Origin: Octopus sinensis | Taxonomy: Eukaryota | Direction: 5' to 3' | Assembly (NCBI RefSeq): GCF_006345805.1 | Contig: NC_042998.1 | Location: forward strand, 50,034,001-50,098,000 | DNA: 64,000 nucleotides | Shown here: in pieces, positions 1 to 13,295 of the stretch | How positions within the stretch are numbered: position 1 is the first letter of the stretch | Layout of the letters: each line of letters begins with the position of its first letter | The notes under the pieces: generated by a model | Told to the model about the DNA's origin: nothing | Seen by the model: only the letters and a program-made list of their open reading frames with translations | The model's database searches: none | Position numbers and translations under genes: made by a program

Positions 1-656
1 GAACACATGTATTTATGTATTCATGTATGCGTGTAGGTATGTATAATTGTATTTTTCCGCTTAAGGAAAAAATAGTGGATAGAAACCACAACTTAGGCGA
101 AGTAATCAATGCGTAAAAGCATCGAAAAATTTTATAAAGAAAGGAAATACAATTAGTTTTGTTAGAACCATTGATACTGTTATGATTTCTATTCTTTCTC
201 TTTCCTTTTTTTGTCGTTGTTTTTGTTATCTGTATAGCTAGACCGGCTTATTTGTGTTTGCAGCAGTGATGACATTCCTATAGCTATTTATTCAACTGTG
301 AAGTTTGAATAAAGATTTTTTTTTGTTCACTCAAGCAAAATGGAGCAAGCAGTTTTACACGTCTTGTTCGATATAATGACATTTGTATGATCTGAACGTA
401 TTGCATCAACATAACGTCGTCATAACCATTCCGGTTTTAAGATAGTAACTACAAGAAAATACAAGGTAAATTTGAAACGAGAAAGAAAACGATACAAAAG
501 TAAAAGTACCTTTGGTGTTACACTTAGCACTAATAAATGAGAATTAAAAATACAGTGTTTGCAGTTGTTTACACTCCTCACACTCATCATATAAACTCGG
601 CTCGAGCAGAATCTGGCTCACCAATCTTTATATTTTATGTGTGACTTCAATAAGGT

Positions 657-715
657 TGCACACTGGTAGAATCGTTAGGCATCGGACAAAATGCCTTGAG
701 ACATTTACTCTTTTT
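657..715 (+). mobile_element. 5' fragment of SINE family D
   Basis: TGGTAGAATCGTTAG...CAAAATGC resembles the head of the copy at 47903. Confidence 0.5.
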
Positions 716-719
716 TAGT

Positions 720-1104
720 CTTTTACTCTTTTACTTGTTTCAGTCATTTGACTGCGGCCAACAAATCGACCCCCGGACTTGTTTTTTGTAAGCCTAGTAC
801 TTATTCTATCGGTCTCTTTTTGCCGAACCGCTAGTTACGGGGACGTAAGCACACCAGCATCGGTTGTCAAGCAATGTTGAGGGGACAAACACAGACACAC
901 AAACATATACACACACATACAATATATATATATACATATATACGACGGGCTTTTTTCAGTTTCCGTCTACCAAATCCACTCACAAAGCTTTGGTTGGTCC
1001 GAGACTATAGTAGAAGACACTTGCCCAAGGTGTCACGCAGTGGGACTGAACCCATGACCATGCGGTTCGCAATAAAGCTACTTACCACACAGCCACTCAT
1101 ACGC
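720..1104 (-). mobile_element. tRNA-derived SINE, family A (Octopus OR-type/CORE-like), near full length
   Basis: Minus strand: tRNA-like head with A/B boxes, CCTTGGGCAAGT core, internal (TA/TG)n, tail ending in (AAAGAGT)n; eight related copies in the window. Confidence 0.85.
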
Positions 1105-1651
1105 TTGTTCACTCTTCTTTACATTCACTCTTCTTTACGTTCAACGTTCAAATTACACAAAGATTAACTTGAATCTCGTTCTTCCAGAGTCTTTAAAATA
1201 ATGCAACTGCCCAGGCATGTGAATGAGTGGATTCGTTATAATGTTGGATTGAACACTATTTCTTTTTGTATTTGTTCCTGCTCTTTTGCATTCTGAGTGC
1301 CCAGGCGAACTTGCCTTCATCTAACAGTCACGGTGGTTGCGTTGAAAAATAAATTATACTCGCAAAGAAAAAGGAGGGAAACCAACTTCACCTCTGCGCA
1401 AATTCAATGATGAGCATAGGAAGTTGCAAAGGCATCGTTCGACAGCTGACGACCTGACGATAAAGAAAGATACAAGACCTCTTTTGTCTGTTTTTACTTG
1501 TTGGGTCTACGCCAGTGTTTCCTAACTTGTTCTCCCCAGTCACCAGACTGTACTATAACTTTTCAGAAAAGTGCATGCCGTACTGGTGGTTAGAAAAAAG
1601 TGAACTTTATCTTTAATATTTTATTATCGCAATTATATAATACAAGAGTAA

Positions 1652-1860
1652 AGGCGTGTAGCTTAGTGGTTAGGGTATTCGGCTCTCGATCGTAAGGTCC
1701 TGAGTTCAAAAATGAGTTGTACCTGTATTTCAAAAGGTCATCCATGTCACACCCTGTGTCACGCTGAATCTCCCTGAGAAATACGTTAAGGGTACACGTG
1801 TCTGTGGAGTGCTCAGCCGTTAATTTTACGAGCCGGCTGACTCCGTTGATCCAGTCCTCT
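1652..1860 (+). mobile_element. tRNA-derived SINE family B, internally deleted
   Basis: GGCGTGTAGCTTAGTGGTTAGGG...GAGTTC head; body matches 22828-23125 and 51713-52027. Confidence 0.75.
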
Positions 1861-1944
1861 ATGAAGTAACTCTGAGTGACTTTATATTAATTCCTATAAT
1901 GCAAGATTAAGATGTAAGATGTAAGACCAAGCTTTGAGCAGCAA

Positions 1945-2324
1945 TATAGCTCCAGATATGAGTACATGGTTCTGGATTCAGTCCCTCTGCGAGGCACCTA
2001 CGGCAAACATCTTCTGTAGCCTCGAGCCGACCAAAGTCTTGTGAGTGGATTTGACAAAGAAAACTGAAAGACGCCTGTCGTGTGTGTGTGTGTGTGTATG
2101 AATATATGTATATATTCTATGCTGCTGCCGCATTATGTCGTCCGCGAATGAGAGGATTTGCATCCCCAACCAAGAATTTTTGATGTAACACATGTCCTTG
2201 TGGAAGCTGTTGTGCGCGGCTGAAGAAGGCCACAGACATACATTATGCATTGTTATAAATCTGTCTAATAAAGGCCCGAAACATATTACCGCTGAGTCCT
2301 TCGCATCATGTTTTTATTTTGATC

Positions 2325-2369
<45 letters not shown>

Positions 2370-2625
2370 ATACACGTACATAAAACATATATATATGTAT
2401 ATATGTGCGTGTGTGGTTTGTCTCTGTGTTTGTCGCCCCACCACTGCTTGACAACCGCTGTTGGTGTGTTTATGCTCCCGTAACGTAGTGGTTCGGCAAT
2501 AGAGACTGATAGAATAAGTACCAGGCTTAACAAAATAAAAACGAAAAGCACTGGGATTGATTAATTCGACTAAAAATTCTCCAAGGCTGTCCTCCAGCAT
2601 AGCCGCAGTCTAATGATTGAAAAAA
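1945..2625 (+). mobile_element. SINE family A, interrupted by a hammerhead-bearing insert at ~2101-2330
   Basis: 5' half 1945-2095 and 3' half 2400-2625 align to the family A copies. Confidence 0.75.
2216..2292 (+). ncRNA. Type I hammerhead ribozyme-like motif (Penelope-like), slightly degenerate
   Basis: GCGG-CTGAAGA-A-GGCC(ACAGA)...(TCTGT)...GGCC-C-GAAAC-ATAT-TA-CCGC; stem I GCGG/CCGC, stem II GGCC/GGCC, stem III one base short of the palindrome ACATATGT. Confidence 0.6.
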
Positions 2626-3611
2626 AATACTAATACTACATTGCCTAATGTGCTATTTCCTTACTTAGAACGGTGTGGAGTAAAGTAAAGAAAATATGGT
2701 TGCTATTTCTAGGTATTTGAACAACCACGCAAGGGCACGATCATAAAGCGTGTGGTGATATAACGAAAAGTTCTCGTCTATTTCTTGGCCTGTATAGGGT
2801 TTCATGTGTTGTCGAAGTGTTGTTAGTAAACGATGAAGGTTGATGCCGATGGTGGTTGTATTGTGAGACAGACTGTAAGATCCTTGTTGCACTTTTTTCC
2901 TTCTTGTATAGAGTTGGTGAGAGGAACGGAAAATATCAATCTGATAAACAACAAAAAACGCAGCACATGGAACACTGCAAAAAAAGTATCACGTTAACTG
3001 TGACAACAGTATCAACAACACCACTAACAACAACAACAACAACACCAGCAGCAGCAGCAGCAAAAACAACAAAAGCATTGTCATGACAAAAAAATTGCAT
3101 CGACAAAAAAGCGTAATAGCAAATATTCAATCTGCTTAGATAAGAAAATAAAGATATTCCATATATTTATATAGCTCCATAGGCAAAAAAAACCCCAAAA
3201 AACTGGCATTGTTGGTGTGTGTGTGTATGTGTGCAGATGTGTCTGTAAAACACACACACACACACTCTTTCTCTCTGTCACACACACACATACACACACA
3301 CACATACATAGGTGTATAAATATATATTTGCACATGAAGAATAAGAGAGGAGAGGAAAAGAAAACTGCAGTAAAATGCAAAAGATAACGAAACGAAAAAA
3401 AAAGTCAAACCATACAAAGAGAGAAAGAAAGAATGAAAGAAAGGGAGAAAGAAAGGAAGAAAGAGAAAAAGAAAGAAAGCAGAGGAACGGAAGAAAGTGA
3501 GGGAGAAAGCCAAGAAGAAATGAGTGAATAAATAAATGAATGGAATTAGGAATTGATGAGCAAACAAGAGATAAGGAATGGTTGGCAAAAGAAGCCAATG
3601 AAAAATACGCC

Positions 3612-4000
3612 ATTGCTGGTGGTGGAGCTGGTAGTGGTGGTGGCGGCGGTTGTGGTGGTGGTGGCGGTTGTGGTGGTGGTGGTTGCGGTGCTGCTGGTCT
3701 TGCGGCTGTAGGGGTGGTCGTTGCCGTGGTGGTGGTGGTGGTGGTGGTGTGGTGGTGGTGTTGATGGTGGCGGTGTCTATCGTTAGTGATAGGTGTGATG
3801 GTATTGGTGTTGGTGCTGATGCTGGTGATAGCAGAAAAATCTTGTAGACGTCCTTACTAGTGATAAAAGGAAGAAAGATATGGACTGTGGTAGTGATAGA
3901 AGTTGTTGTTGTTGCAGTTATTGTTGTTGTTGTTGATGTTGCTGTGTTGGTGGCGGAGGTGGTGGTTTTGATGGTGATGACGGGGCGGCGGCGGTGGTGA
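3612..4000. repeat. (GGT/GTT)n-rich low-complexity tract
   Basis: Imperfect trinucleotide runs seen directly. Confidence 0.85.
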
Positions 4001-4369
4001 TAGATCAGCTACGAGCAAGATGGGACAGGCTGCTGCAAAGACTACAAGCATCTTTTCTCCTCGTTGCTGATATTTTATTTGCTTCGGAATAATTACGTGA
4101 TTGGAATCAGAGTTATTTTCTGAGCATCAGTGTGTGTGTGTGTGTGTATGTGTTTGTGTGTATGCATGTGTGCCTCTGTGTGTGTGTGTGTGTGTGTGTA
4201 TGCATGTGTGCCTCTGTGTGTGTGTGTGTGTGTGTATACATCCATATATACAGCAGTGCGAGTTCACACATCTCTCTCTCTCGCTCACACACACACACAA
4301 ACACACAGAGGCTCACTTATATAGATACATGTATAGATATACATATGTATAAGTATATACTAGACATAT

Positions 4370-4642
4370 TTATAATATACATATATATATATATATATAC
4401 ATATATATAATATACATATATATAATATACATATATATAATATACATATATATATATATACACATCAATGCATCATTATATACATACATATACATATATG
4501 TACATATTCGAATATATATAAACACACACACATACACACGCCCTCCCCCACACACGTATAGTCTAACAATCTTCACTGATGTATGTACAAAGGGAATAAA
4601 ACTTTCATAGTTTGGCACAAAAAGAAACAGTATGTATATGTA

Positions 4643-4686
<44 letters not shown>

Positions 4687-4872
4687 TAATATATATATAT
4701 AATATATAAATATAATATAATATAACATATATATATAATAAACATATAAATATAATATATATAGAATATTAATATATATATAGATATATATAAATATATA
4801 TATATAGAAATAAAAATATATATATATATTAAATATATATATATATAGAAATATATATATAAATAGATATAG

Positions 4873-4937
<65 letters not shown>

Positions 4938-4940
4938 TAT

Positions 4941-4971
<31 letters not shown>

Positions 4972-5085
4972 AAATAAATATATATTGTATATACATACAT
5001 ACGTACATATATGTATATGTGTATATATATATGCGTATATGTGTATGTGTGTGCGCATGTGTTAACATACTCACACACACACACA
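4370..5085. repeat. Long imperfect (TA)n/(TACA)n microsatellite field
   Basis: Seen directly. Confidence 0.95.
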
Positions 5086-5799
5086 TATATATATTTCGCT
5101 TTCATTATCACTTTATCTCTCGTTATCTTTCTCCCGTTCTAATACTCGCCCAATCTCATTTGTATTACTTTCTCACACATGTTTTCCGTCTCTCTCTCTC
5201 CTTCTCTGTCTCTCTCTCCTCTCTCTCCTTCTCCCTCTCTATGCGTGTATATCTTCCTCTATTTTCTAAACATCTCCACCAACCATCTCTTCAAACTTTT
5301 CCAATGCTTCTTCATTTTACATTCTCCAAAAACCCTATCTACATACACAACACATCGCTGCATCTATATTCATCACCAACAGCTTCGCTAACATTTCTTG
5401 CCTTGTTTTTCCTTTTTGGTTTTTCCACTGTATTCTTCAGTTTTCGACATTCTTTGTACCTTTTTCCTTTTGTATTATTCCATCCTTTCTTTTACCATTA
5501 TGCTCTTAATTTTCTGTTTTCCGTTTTTCTTTAATATTTCCATTATCATTTAAATTTCCATCCTCCAACGCTGCTTACGCGTCATACATACATACGTACA
5601 AACATACATACATACATACACACATACATATATACATGCATACATACATACATACATACATGCGTATGTACATACATATATACATAGTACATACATACAT
5701 ACATTCATGCATGCATATATACATACATTCACCCATATATTCTTTTTAGGAACCGCGGATCTCGAAGCAGACAAAGCTATAATCAATAGCGTGTAAATA

Positions 5800-6013
5800 T
5801 TGAGGTTAAAACCCCTTGGAGAGGAAATGTTGGTGGCTACCCGTAGGATACATGTGATGTCTGCTGGGCGGTTGTTGTTAGGAGGGGCATCCAGCCGTAA
5901 AAACCCTTCAAAAACAGACATAAACATCTAGTGCAGATTTCTGTCTGGCCGACTCCTGTCAAACCGTTCCACCCATACCAGCATGGAAGGCGGACTGTAA
6001 ATGATGATGATGA
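5800..6013 (+). mobile_element. RTE-type LINE/SINE 3' end with (GAT)n tail
   Basis: GGGCATCCAGCCGTAAAAAC...CAGCATGGAAGGCGGAC then (GAT)n; reverse-complement relative at 10858-11122. Confidence 0.65.
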
Positions 6014-6045
6014 TTTTGTTTCGTGGGTTGTTTTTCCTTTTCCAG

Positions 6046-6114
6046 GCCATTTCGCATGCTTTCAACGAAGGTGACATCGAAATCACGCGTAAACGAGTCC
6101 TTTCCCCAGAAAAG
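6046..6114 (+). CDS. Candidate internal coding exon of an unidentified gene (AISHAFNEGDIEITRKRVLSPEK)
   Basis: Pyrimidine tract TTTTTCCTTTTCCAG acceptor, 69 nt open frame, AAG/GCAAGA GC-type donor, non-repetitive composition; no recognised homology. Confidence 0.35.
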
Positions 6115-6116
6115 GC

Positions 6117-6233
6117 AAGATTTGGCTGCTATTTTTTGTACGTCGTGTTACTACGTAACAGGTATTTCGGGTCCTTTATTGCAAATAGCTGTTACGTGGT
6201 ATCAGGGCGTGTTAGAAATAGCAGCCAAATCTT
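6117..6233. mobile_element. Short MITE-like element with 18-bp terminal inverted repeats
   Basis: AAGATTTGGCTGCTATTT ... AAATAGCAGCCAAATCTT perfect inverted repeat. Confidence 0.7.
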
Positions 6234-6491
6234 TGGAGTTGAGATACGTTGAATGCACTAAAAATCTATGGAAAAAAAACCCCCATTTCACAACGAGATT
6301 ACGAAAGGGTCTTTTACGAAATATTTACTGTGTTTTGAAAGTCATTTTCACTTTAAAATATTTTTTGAATATGTCAAAAATATTTGTTGTAATGGTAGTC
6401 ACTTGAAATAATTTTAAAAATATAAATACTTACTGTCTATCTGTCTGCCTGCCTGTCTGTCTGTCTGTCTGTCTGTCTGTCTGCCTGTATG

Positions 6492-6523
<32 letters not shown>

Positions 6524-6845
6524 TGTATGTATGTATATATACATATATATATGTATTGGTACTTTGTATGCTTCTACTGGAAATAGTTATTGAACCCCAG
6601 TCATGTTGGAGCACAGCCTTCGTGTGTATAGTCTGTCGTATCTACTCTCGTATTTATTTCAGTCTGCCATTTTCTCATTGGTCCCATTGCCCAAAACAGA
6701 CCTACACATAAACTCGGTGTAGAGATGTATAGATGCAAGTATACGTACATAGGTGTATATTTTCGCGCTGAAACACAAACATATACCTGCACTCTTACAT
6801 AAGCATTTTGCTAGTGATTCTTGTAACAAGCCGCCTTGTATACAA

Positions 6846-6970
6846 TAATAAATATCTGTTTCAAATTTCGCTGTTAAGTGGACCTCGGCGGAATTGAACT
6901 CGGAACGTAAAGACGGACGAAATATCGCTAAGTATTTCGCTCGGTGTGCTAACGATTCTGCTAGTTCACT
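6846..6970 (-). mobile_element. 5' part of SINE family D
   Basis: Reverse complement matches the head of the 47903 copy including GAGTTCAATTCCGCCGAGGTC. Confidence 0.65.
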
Positions 6971-7073
6971 GCCTTAGTATACTGAAATACATATATATAT
7001 ATATATATATGATATATATATATATGTATGGTGTGTGTGTGGTGTGTGGTTGTGTGTGTGTGTATGTGTGTGT

Positions 7074-7111
<38 letters not shown>

Positions 7112-7149
7112 TCTATATATGGGAAAAATCCAGGGGAATAATTACAAGG

Positions 7150-7235
7150 TAGTCAGATGTCACATAGATGCCGTAGGAATCAGTGATCACTCTTATGTGG
7201 AAGTTAATTCCGGGGAGAAGCGAGATGTACTTTAG
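7150..7235 (+). pseudogene. Possible degenerate LINE AP-endonuclease fragment
   Basis: Translates VRCHIDAVGISDHSYVEVN; SDH is the terminal APE motif; very short. Confidence 0.3.
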
Positions 7236-7384
7236 AGAACAGAGGAAAAATTGAAAATGGAGACAAACGCTCAGGCACATATATGCTCTCTTATACATAT
7301 GCACGCGCACCTTCGTTTTGGGATCACCACTACTTTATTATCTCCACTTCTTCCTAGCTCTCCTGTGTGACCCCGCTTTCCGGC

Positions 7385-7575
7385 ATTCGCCATGATAGAT
7401 CGCTAGCTACTACACATTCTTTATTTTCTCTCTTTGTTTCTTTCTGTGTTCCTTTCTGTGGAAGAGCGTAGACTCTAAAAGTTAAAGACTTTTTCACTTC
7501 CCGAGCGTTAAACCAATACATTTGTTTGTCTACACCACCTGTCTTCGTCTTTTGTTGTTTTGTGAATTCTCCCCT
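7385..7575 (+). mobile_element. Non-autonomous Penelope-like element, A6U-hammerhead family, copy 1
   Basis: CGCCATGATAGATCG...CTTTCTGTGGAAGAGCGTAGACTCTAAAAGTTAAAG...CACCTGTCTTCGTCTTTTG; HHR-like motif at 7452-7487. Confidence 0.65.
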
Positions 7576-7583
7576 ACATATAT

Positions 7584-7635
<52 letters not shown>

Positions 7636-8989
7636 ACATACATGCATATACATACATAAATACATACATACATACATACATACATACATACATACATACA
7701 TACATACATACATGTATGTATATGTATGTATGTATTTATGTATGCATGTATGTAGGTATACTCAATGACGCATACACATACACAGAAATATTGGAGCAGC
7801 ATAGAAGTAGATATGTTAAAAATGAAGTTTACATATTTTATATATTATTTTAGAATTATGACAGGAAATGGTAGAAAAAGATTAACGAATGTAAGAGCGT
7901 GTAGTGGATTTTCTAAAGAGAGAGAAAGAAAGGAGGAAGGATCGAGAAGAATGATGGAGAGATAGGTGAAGAGAGAGAAAGGTTTAAATGAAGACGGAAA
8001 TAGTATATTATCGTAGAGAGAAAGAACAAGAACCTAGGAAATCATGTTTGCTTAGTGACCTTGTTAACTATTCGGATATATTGCGCATGTAGGCGTGCGT
8101 CACCACCAGCACCAGCCGCCGCCACGATCACCACTTTCATCATCGTCATCGTCATCGCCGTTATGTCCATAACGCTGCTAATTGCAGTGGTGGTGATAAT
8201 GATGCCGCCATGTTTTCCCGATGTGTGTCGTACAGCTAGCTATGACACCACCTTTCACAATGTTTTATAATTCCATCAATGAAATCCATCAACATGGGAT
8301 ACGGTCTTGTTATATCTTCCTCTACTGCAGGATCCCTCGTTCCGTCGTTACTGCATTACATTTCATAATTTACTACCCGCCACCCATTCACCATCCCGGA
8401 ATCTACATCAATTCACTTCACATGTCAGTACCAGCAGATTTATTTTGCTATCGCATATATCACCTGCTAAGCATTTAATAGAATTTAACATCATATATGC
8501 GACAGCTCCGGCTCACCTCATATATCTTCAAGCTCCGCGGTATTTCCATACTTAATGATGATTTCTATCTACAACGCCACATGGATCTTGATATGTGCAT
8601 ATATGTATATACACGTATACAAACATTGCAAATAAAAGCGTAAACACACACACACACACATACTCATACACACACATATAGGTACAAATTAGAATGGTGC
8701 ATAGCGTTACATAAAATAATACGTTTCAAAACTTAAGCAGAAGCACAACAAACGGAAAATTTACACACGAGACACTGATGCTGCTCATTCCATGTAATTA
8801 TTGTCAAAAAGAGGCGTGAAATTATGAAAGTCTTTTGGGCGATAACTGACGAAGAATGAGCAACACCCGTGTCTCGTGTTTGAATTTTCCGTTTGTTGCT
8901 GTTTAATTTTTGGAACTAAATATGTGTGTGTGCATGCGTGCATATGTGTATATGTATATACATATATGCTAATATATATATGTATGTCA

Positions 8990-9190
8990 GGACGCCATGA
9001 TAGATCGTTAGCTCCTACACGCATTTTTCTTTCTCCTTGTTTTTTTCTGTGTATCTTTCTGTCGAAGAGCGTAGGTTCGAAATTTAAAAGACTTTTCTAT
9101 TTCTATTCCTGAGCGCTATACTAATACATTTGTTTGTTTGTATTCCACCTGCCTTCGTCTTTTGTTTATTTTCGCAAACTTTCCCGTTAT
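8990..9190 (+). mobile_element. Non-autonomous Penelope-like element, A6U-hammerhead family, copy 2
   Basis: Same flanks as copy 1; motif TCTTT-CTGTCGA-A-GAGC-GTAG-GTTC-GAAAT-TTA-AAAGA at 9054-9091. Confidence 0.65.
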
Positions 9191-9197
9191 GTATGTA

Positions 9198-9235
<38 letters not shown>

Positions 9236-9974
9236 TGAAATGCGTTTGGACCGCTTGGATCATTTCAAGGCCACTACATCCCGTCGGATTCACTCCAAAA
9301 TTTACAGGGACATGTAAAATGAGGTGACGATGCTCGTGGGCTATGTTAGAAATCCCTATCTTAAAGGTGTCGTTGCTAGGGCCAAAAACCCACTTTGACA
9401 AGTCCACTCACATTCTTTAATGTATCTGTCTGCCTCACTCACTCACGCTATTTCCTCCCTTCTCAGCACTTTTCACTCCCTCTATTTCATACCTTCCCAT
9501 CACATTCACTTCGTCAAACGGCGTTCTTTATCTCGCTGTCTGCATTCATAGAGAGAATTATCATCGCCACCACCAACACACAATCATGACAACAAATATT
9601 ATGAATCTCGCCATCGCATTCTATTGTCTGCCTGTCAACGCGCCGATCGAGCAAATACAAACAGAACACACCAACGAGCGTTCGTGTTCTAGTGTAGGAT
9701 TTTCGTATCTATTACTTTTTAACATTTATTTAGAACCCTGCAAATTTTTCGTGCTAAATTTTCATTTTTTACTACTTTATTATTTTTCTTAAATTGATGC
9801 TTTTATCAAAAAATTCTAATTGTCTGGGTCAACAGTTCGTTTCCCGGAGGATATGGAAATTCCTATTACCCGTCAGAGAAAAACTCCAGCAGCTCACAAC
9901 TATTTCAACAAAGACAAGGTTACCTGCTTACCAGTCGAATTCAGCGACAACGCTCACGTATGAGAGAGACTCCA

Positions 9975-10039
<65 letters not shown>

Positions 10040-10274
10040 AACATATATAATGTGTGCATTATGTGGTCGGTTGAGCTGAAAATATGCAGACCTATGTTAA
10101 AAGTGCTGGCAAGTTTGCATGACAACTATTTTTTCCCTCAAATGAAAGGCGTGACCTCTAGGACAAAATTCCTCATCTTATAAAATGTGGCCCCAGTAGA
10201 CACAAATGAAATCGGGTTATATTAACCAAAATGTGAAAAGGGGTCTAAATGGGGCTGGAAGGGGATTAAAATTT

Positions 10275-10565
10275 CAAGGAGCGGGTGTTTAGGAATTCTC
10301 TGTTACATCAAGCTAAAAAATTTGCGCCAGCCTTTTAATCGTCAATGTGTTGCCGTCCATGATGAAGAAGTTTTGAATGCTTGCCATGGTGAGTCTACTG
10401 TCGTGAGAAAGAATCACTTCAAAACTTGGTGTTTAGGGATTTTCTTTTACATCAAGTTCAAAATTTTACGCCAGCCGTTAAACTGTCAATACGTTGCTGT
10501 CCGTCGTTAAGAAATGCCAGCCATGGTGACTCTACTATCCTCAGATTCTATCCCTTCAAACTTTG
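10275..10565. repeat. Diverged ~150-bp tandem duplication
   Basis: GGTGTTTAGG...TACATCAAG...GCCAGCC...GCCATGGTGA.TCTACT occurs twice. Confidence 0.75.
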
Positions 10566-10857
10566 GTTTCCAATATTTTATTATTTTTATTCAGCTCGCA
10601 ATTTCGTCTCTCCCTTTTAAATGTTAGTGTTTTGCTGTCTGCCTTGAAGCACACCTTTCCGTTGCTACTGCCTGATATTTATGATTGATCTTTCTAAATA
10701 TTTTATTTCTCAACTTACTCAAGATCTTTTGTTGTTTATAAATGGGAGAGAGATAGATAAAGATAGAGAGTAAGAGAAAGCGAGGGAGAGTCCGAGAGAA
10801 AGGAAGAGTAAGAGAGTGGAGAAAGTGAGAGAGAAAGGAGAGAGAAACAAAGAGGGA

Positions 10858-11122
10858 GAATCATCATCATCGTTTAACGTCCGTTTTCCGTGCTAGCACG
10901 GGTTGGGCAGTTTTACCGGGGTCTGGGAAGCCAGGAGGCTGCACCAGGCTCCAGTCTGATCTGGCAGTGTTTCTAGAGGTGGATGCCATTCCTAACGCCA
11001 ACCACTCTGTGAGCGTAGTGGGTGCTTTCGATCGGTTGGTGCTTTTTACGTGCCACCGGCATAGAAGCCAGTCAAGGCGGCGCTGCAATCGGCCACGTTC
11101 GGATGGTGCTTTTTACGTGCTG
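10858..11122 (-). mobile_element. RTE-type LINE/SINE 3' end with (GAT)n tail
   Basis: Reverse complement ends GCTAGCACGGAAAACGGACGTTAAACGATGATGATGA. Confidence 0.7.
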
Positions 11123-11156
11123 AAAGGAAGCAACAGAAAGTAACAACCACACTCTT

Positions 11157-11188
11157 ACCCGCGCGTAGAGCGGGTCACCTTCAGTTAG
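11157..11188 (+). mobile_element. Helitron-like 3' terminus (hairpin + YTAG)
   Basis: ACCCGC-GCGTAGA-GCGGGT hairpin followed ~10 nt later by TTAG|T. Confidence 0.5.
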
Positions 11189-12144
11189 TATATATATATA
11201 TATATATATATATTGCTGGTGGGAACACTGCATTTCGTTATGCAACCGTAAAATACTTACAGTCATATTAAACGCTTGTATGTCAATACTCTGTCCTACT
11301 TGTGTTAGCAGTGCGATTAAATTAATTTTTAGAGCTATTTCTACAGATTTTCTATTGAAATAATAGACAGTACTGTAAGTTACGATATTTCATATACGAA
11401 TACGTGTATAGAAACAATGCGATCGAAAACAAAAGAGTTGGTAATGGGTGTATATGTATATTTTAGGAGTTCTTACTGTTTATTCAGCACCGCATCCAAC
11501 TCATTAAACTCCCATGAACAAATTTACTTTTATATAAAATTGTTTGTATAAGAAACGTTGTAACTTTGTGAAATCGAGGTTTCAATTTCTGGTCCAGGTG
11601 GGGTGTTGTGTTCATGATCACTTCAACACCGTGAATTTGTTCAGGTAACGTCGATTTGATGCAGTGAGTGAACTAATGTACAGCATATACATTTGATAAA
11701 TATAAACGTATCCTTGTGCAGGTTTTTTGAGCAAAACTGTCTTTACCGTAGTCCTAGACTACTAGACTACCAACAATAATATGACATCTGATTTAAAATC
11801 TCAGTGTTTGATTATTTTGCTTATAAAATTTTATGCACCATGTGCTCTGTTTTTGGCGCAAAACAAAACCAGTTGCACAGTCAGAGTTTAACTTGACAAT
11901 TGTGGATTATTTTATACCTTCTGGAATAATACCAATGTTTTCTTTGAAATATATGTCGGAAGTAAAAAGATTTAAATAATACCAGCGTTTAACTCCCTTT
12001 ATTTATTTATCTATATATTATCCCAAAACATTTCACCTAAACCTGGAGTTTCTACTTTTATAAGTAGGCTGTTACAACCTTGGTACTTTTGTGAATTTTG
12101 GCTACTCTGGTAATTATTTATTTATTTTTTCCGTGTTACACACC

Positions 12145-12175
<31 letters not shown>

Positions 12176-12310
12176 GACTGGCAGCAAAGCGAACTTCACA
12201 ACCGATCAGTTATCGACACGTACATGGGTATTGTACAGCCATTCAAACACAAACATGAGTACACACGTTAATGAACATATATATATATATATATATATTA
12301 TTATATATAT

Positions 12311-12341
<31 letters not shown>

Positions 12342-12798
12342 GGGGGAGAGAGAGGGAGAGAGAGAGAGAGAAGGAAAGAAAGAAAGAAATGTATAGCATA
12401 TGCAGGAGTGAGTGGTGAATGTGGTGATGGCGATGGTGGAGGTGATGAGAGTTATAGCGTCAGCACAACATTTCATATATGTTATATATGCAACGAAATA
12501 TTGAATGCTTGACTAAAGAAAGATAGGGACGGTTATGATTTAGATACAACTGGTATCTGGTATGAAACGTCACCGTTATATCTAAATGCTGTATGAAATA
12601 CCGATATGAATCCCCAATACGTCAGCGAATCGCACAGAATCACAAATAACGCCCGTCTTTACAGTGTAGCTGAGTCTAGCGTTCATAATTTACGATTTAG
12701 TCTAAGTCCTGTAGTTGCGATGGTTATCTCTAGTTGCAGATTTAACAATGACAACAGAAATCATTAATCATTACAATCATATTGGATTCTGCCGTGAA

Positions 12799-12814
12799 AG
12801 TAGTAGTAGCAGTA

Positions 12815-12857
<43 letters not shown>

Positions 12858-12907
12858 GAAGAAGAAGAAGAAGAAGGATGGGGAGGAGGAGAAGAAGAAA
12901 AAAAGAA

Positions 12908-12950
<43 letters not shown>

Positions 12951-13000
12951 GAAGAAGAAGAAGAAGAAGAAGAACAACAACAACAACAACAACAATAATA
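12799..13000. repeat. Compound (AGT)(AAT)(AAG)(AAT)(AAG)(AAC) microsatellite
   Basis: Seen directly. Confidence 0.95.
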
Positions 13001-13295
13001 AAATCGTAATGTTTGCATGTTACGAGTCAATATTAGAATATATGTATGTACATATTAGATATTTTAAAGTATATATACATGCATATATGTACTGACAATT
13101 TTATATATGCATGCTCTTAGGTATGTATACGTTCTCAGACATTTGTACACATACAAACATTCGCAAACACACACACACACACAAGACAAACACACACATA
13201 CAAACACACACAAGCACACACACACACACACACACAACACACACACAAAATCTCATACATAAGGATGTCATAATCTTCAATATATATATACATGA

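Noticed and set aside
1392-1453. Minus-strand exon after TCTTTCTTTATCGTCAG
   Set aside because: Weak donor (GTGAAG) and no recognisable peptide in any frame.
8517-8568. Minus-strand mini-exon (MEIPRSLKIYE, donor GTGAGC)
   Set aside because: Poor polypyrimidine tract and no compatible neighbouring exon or homology.
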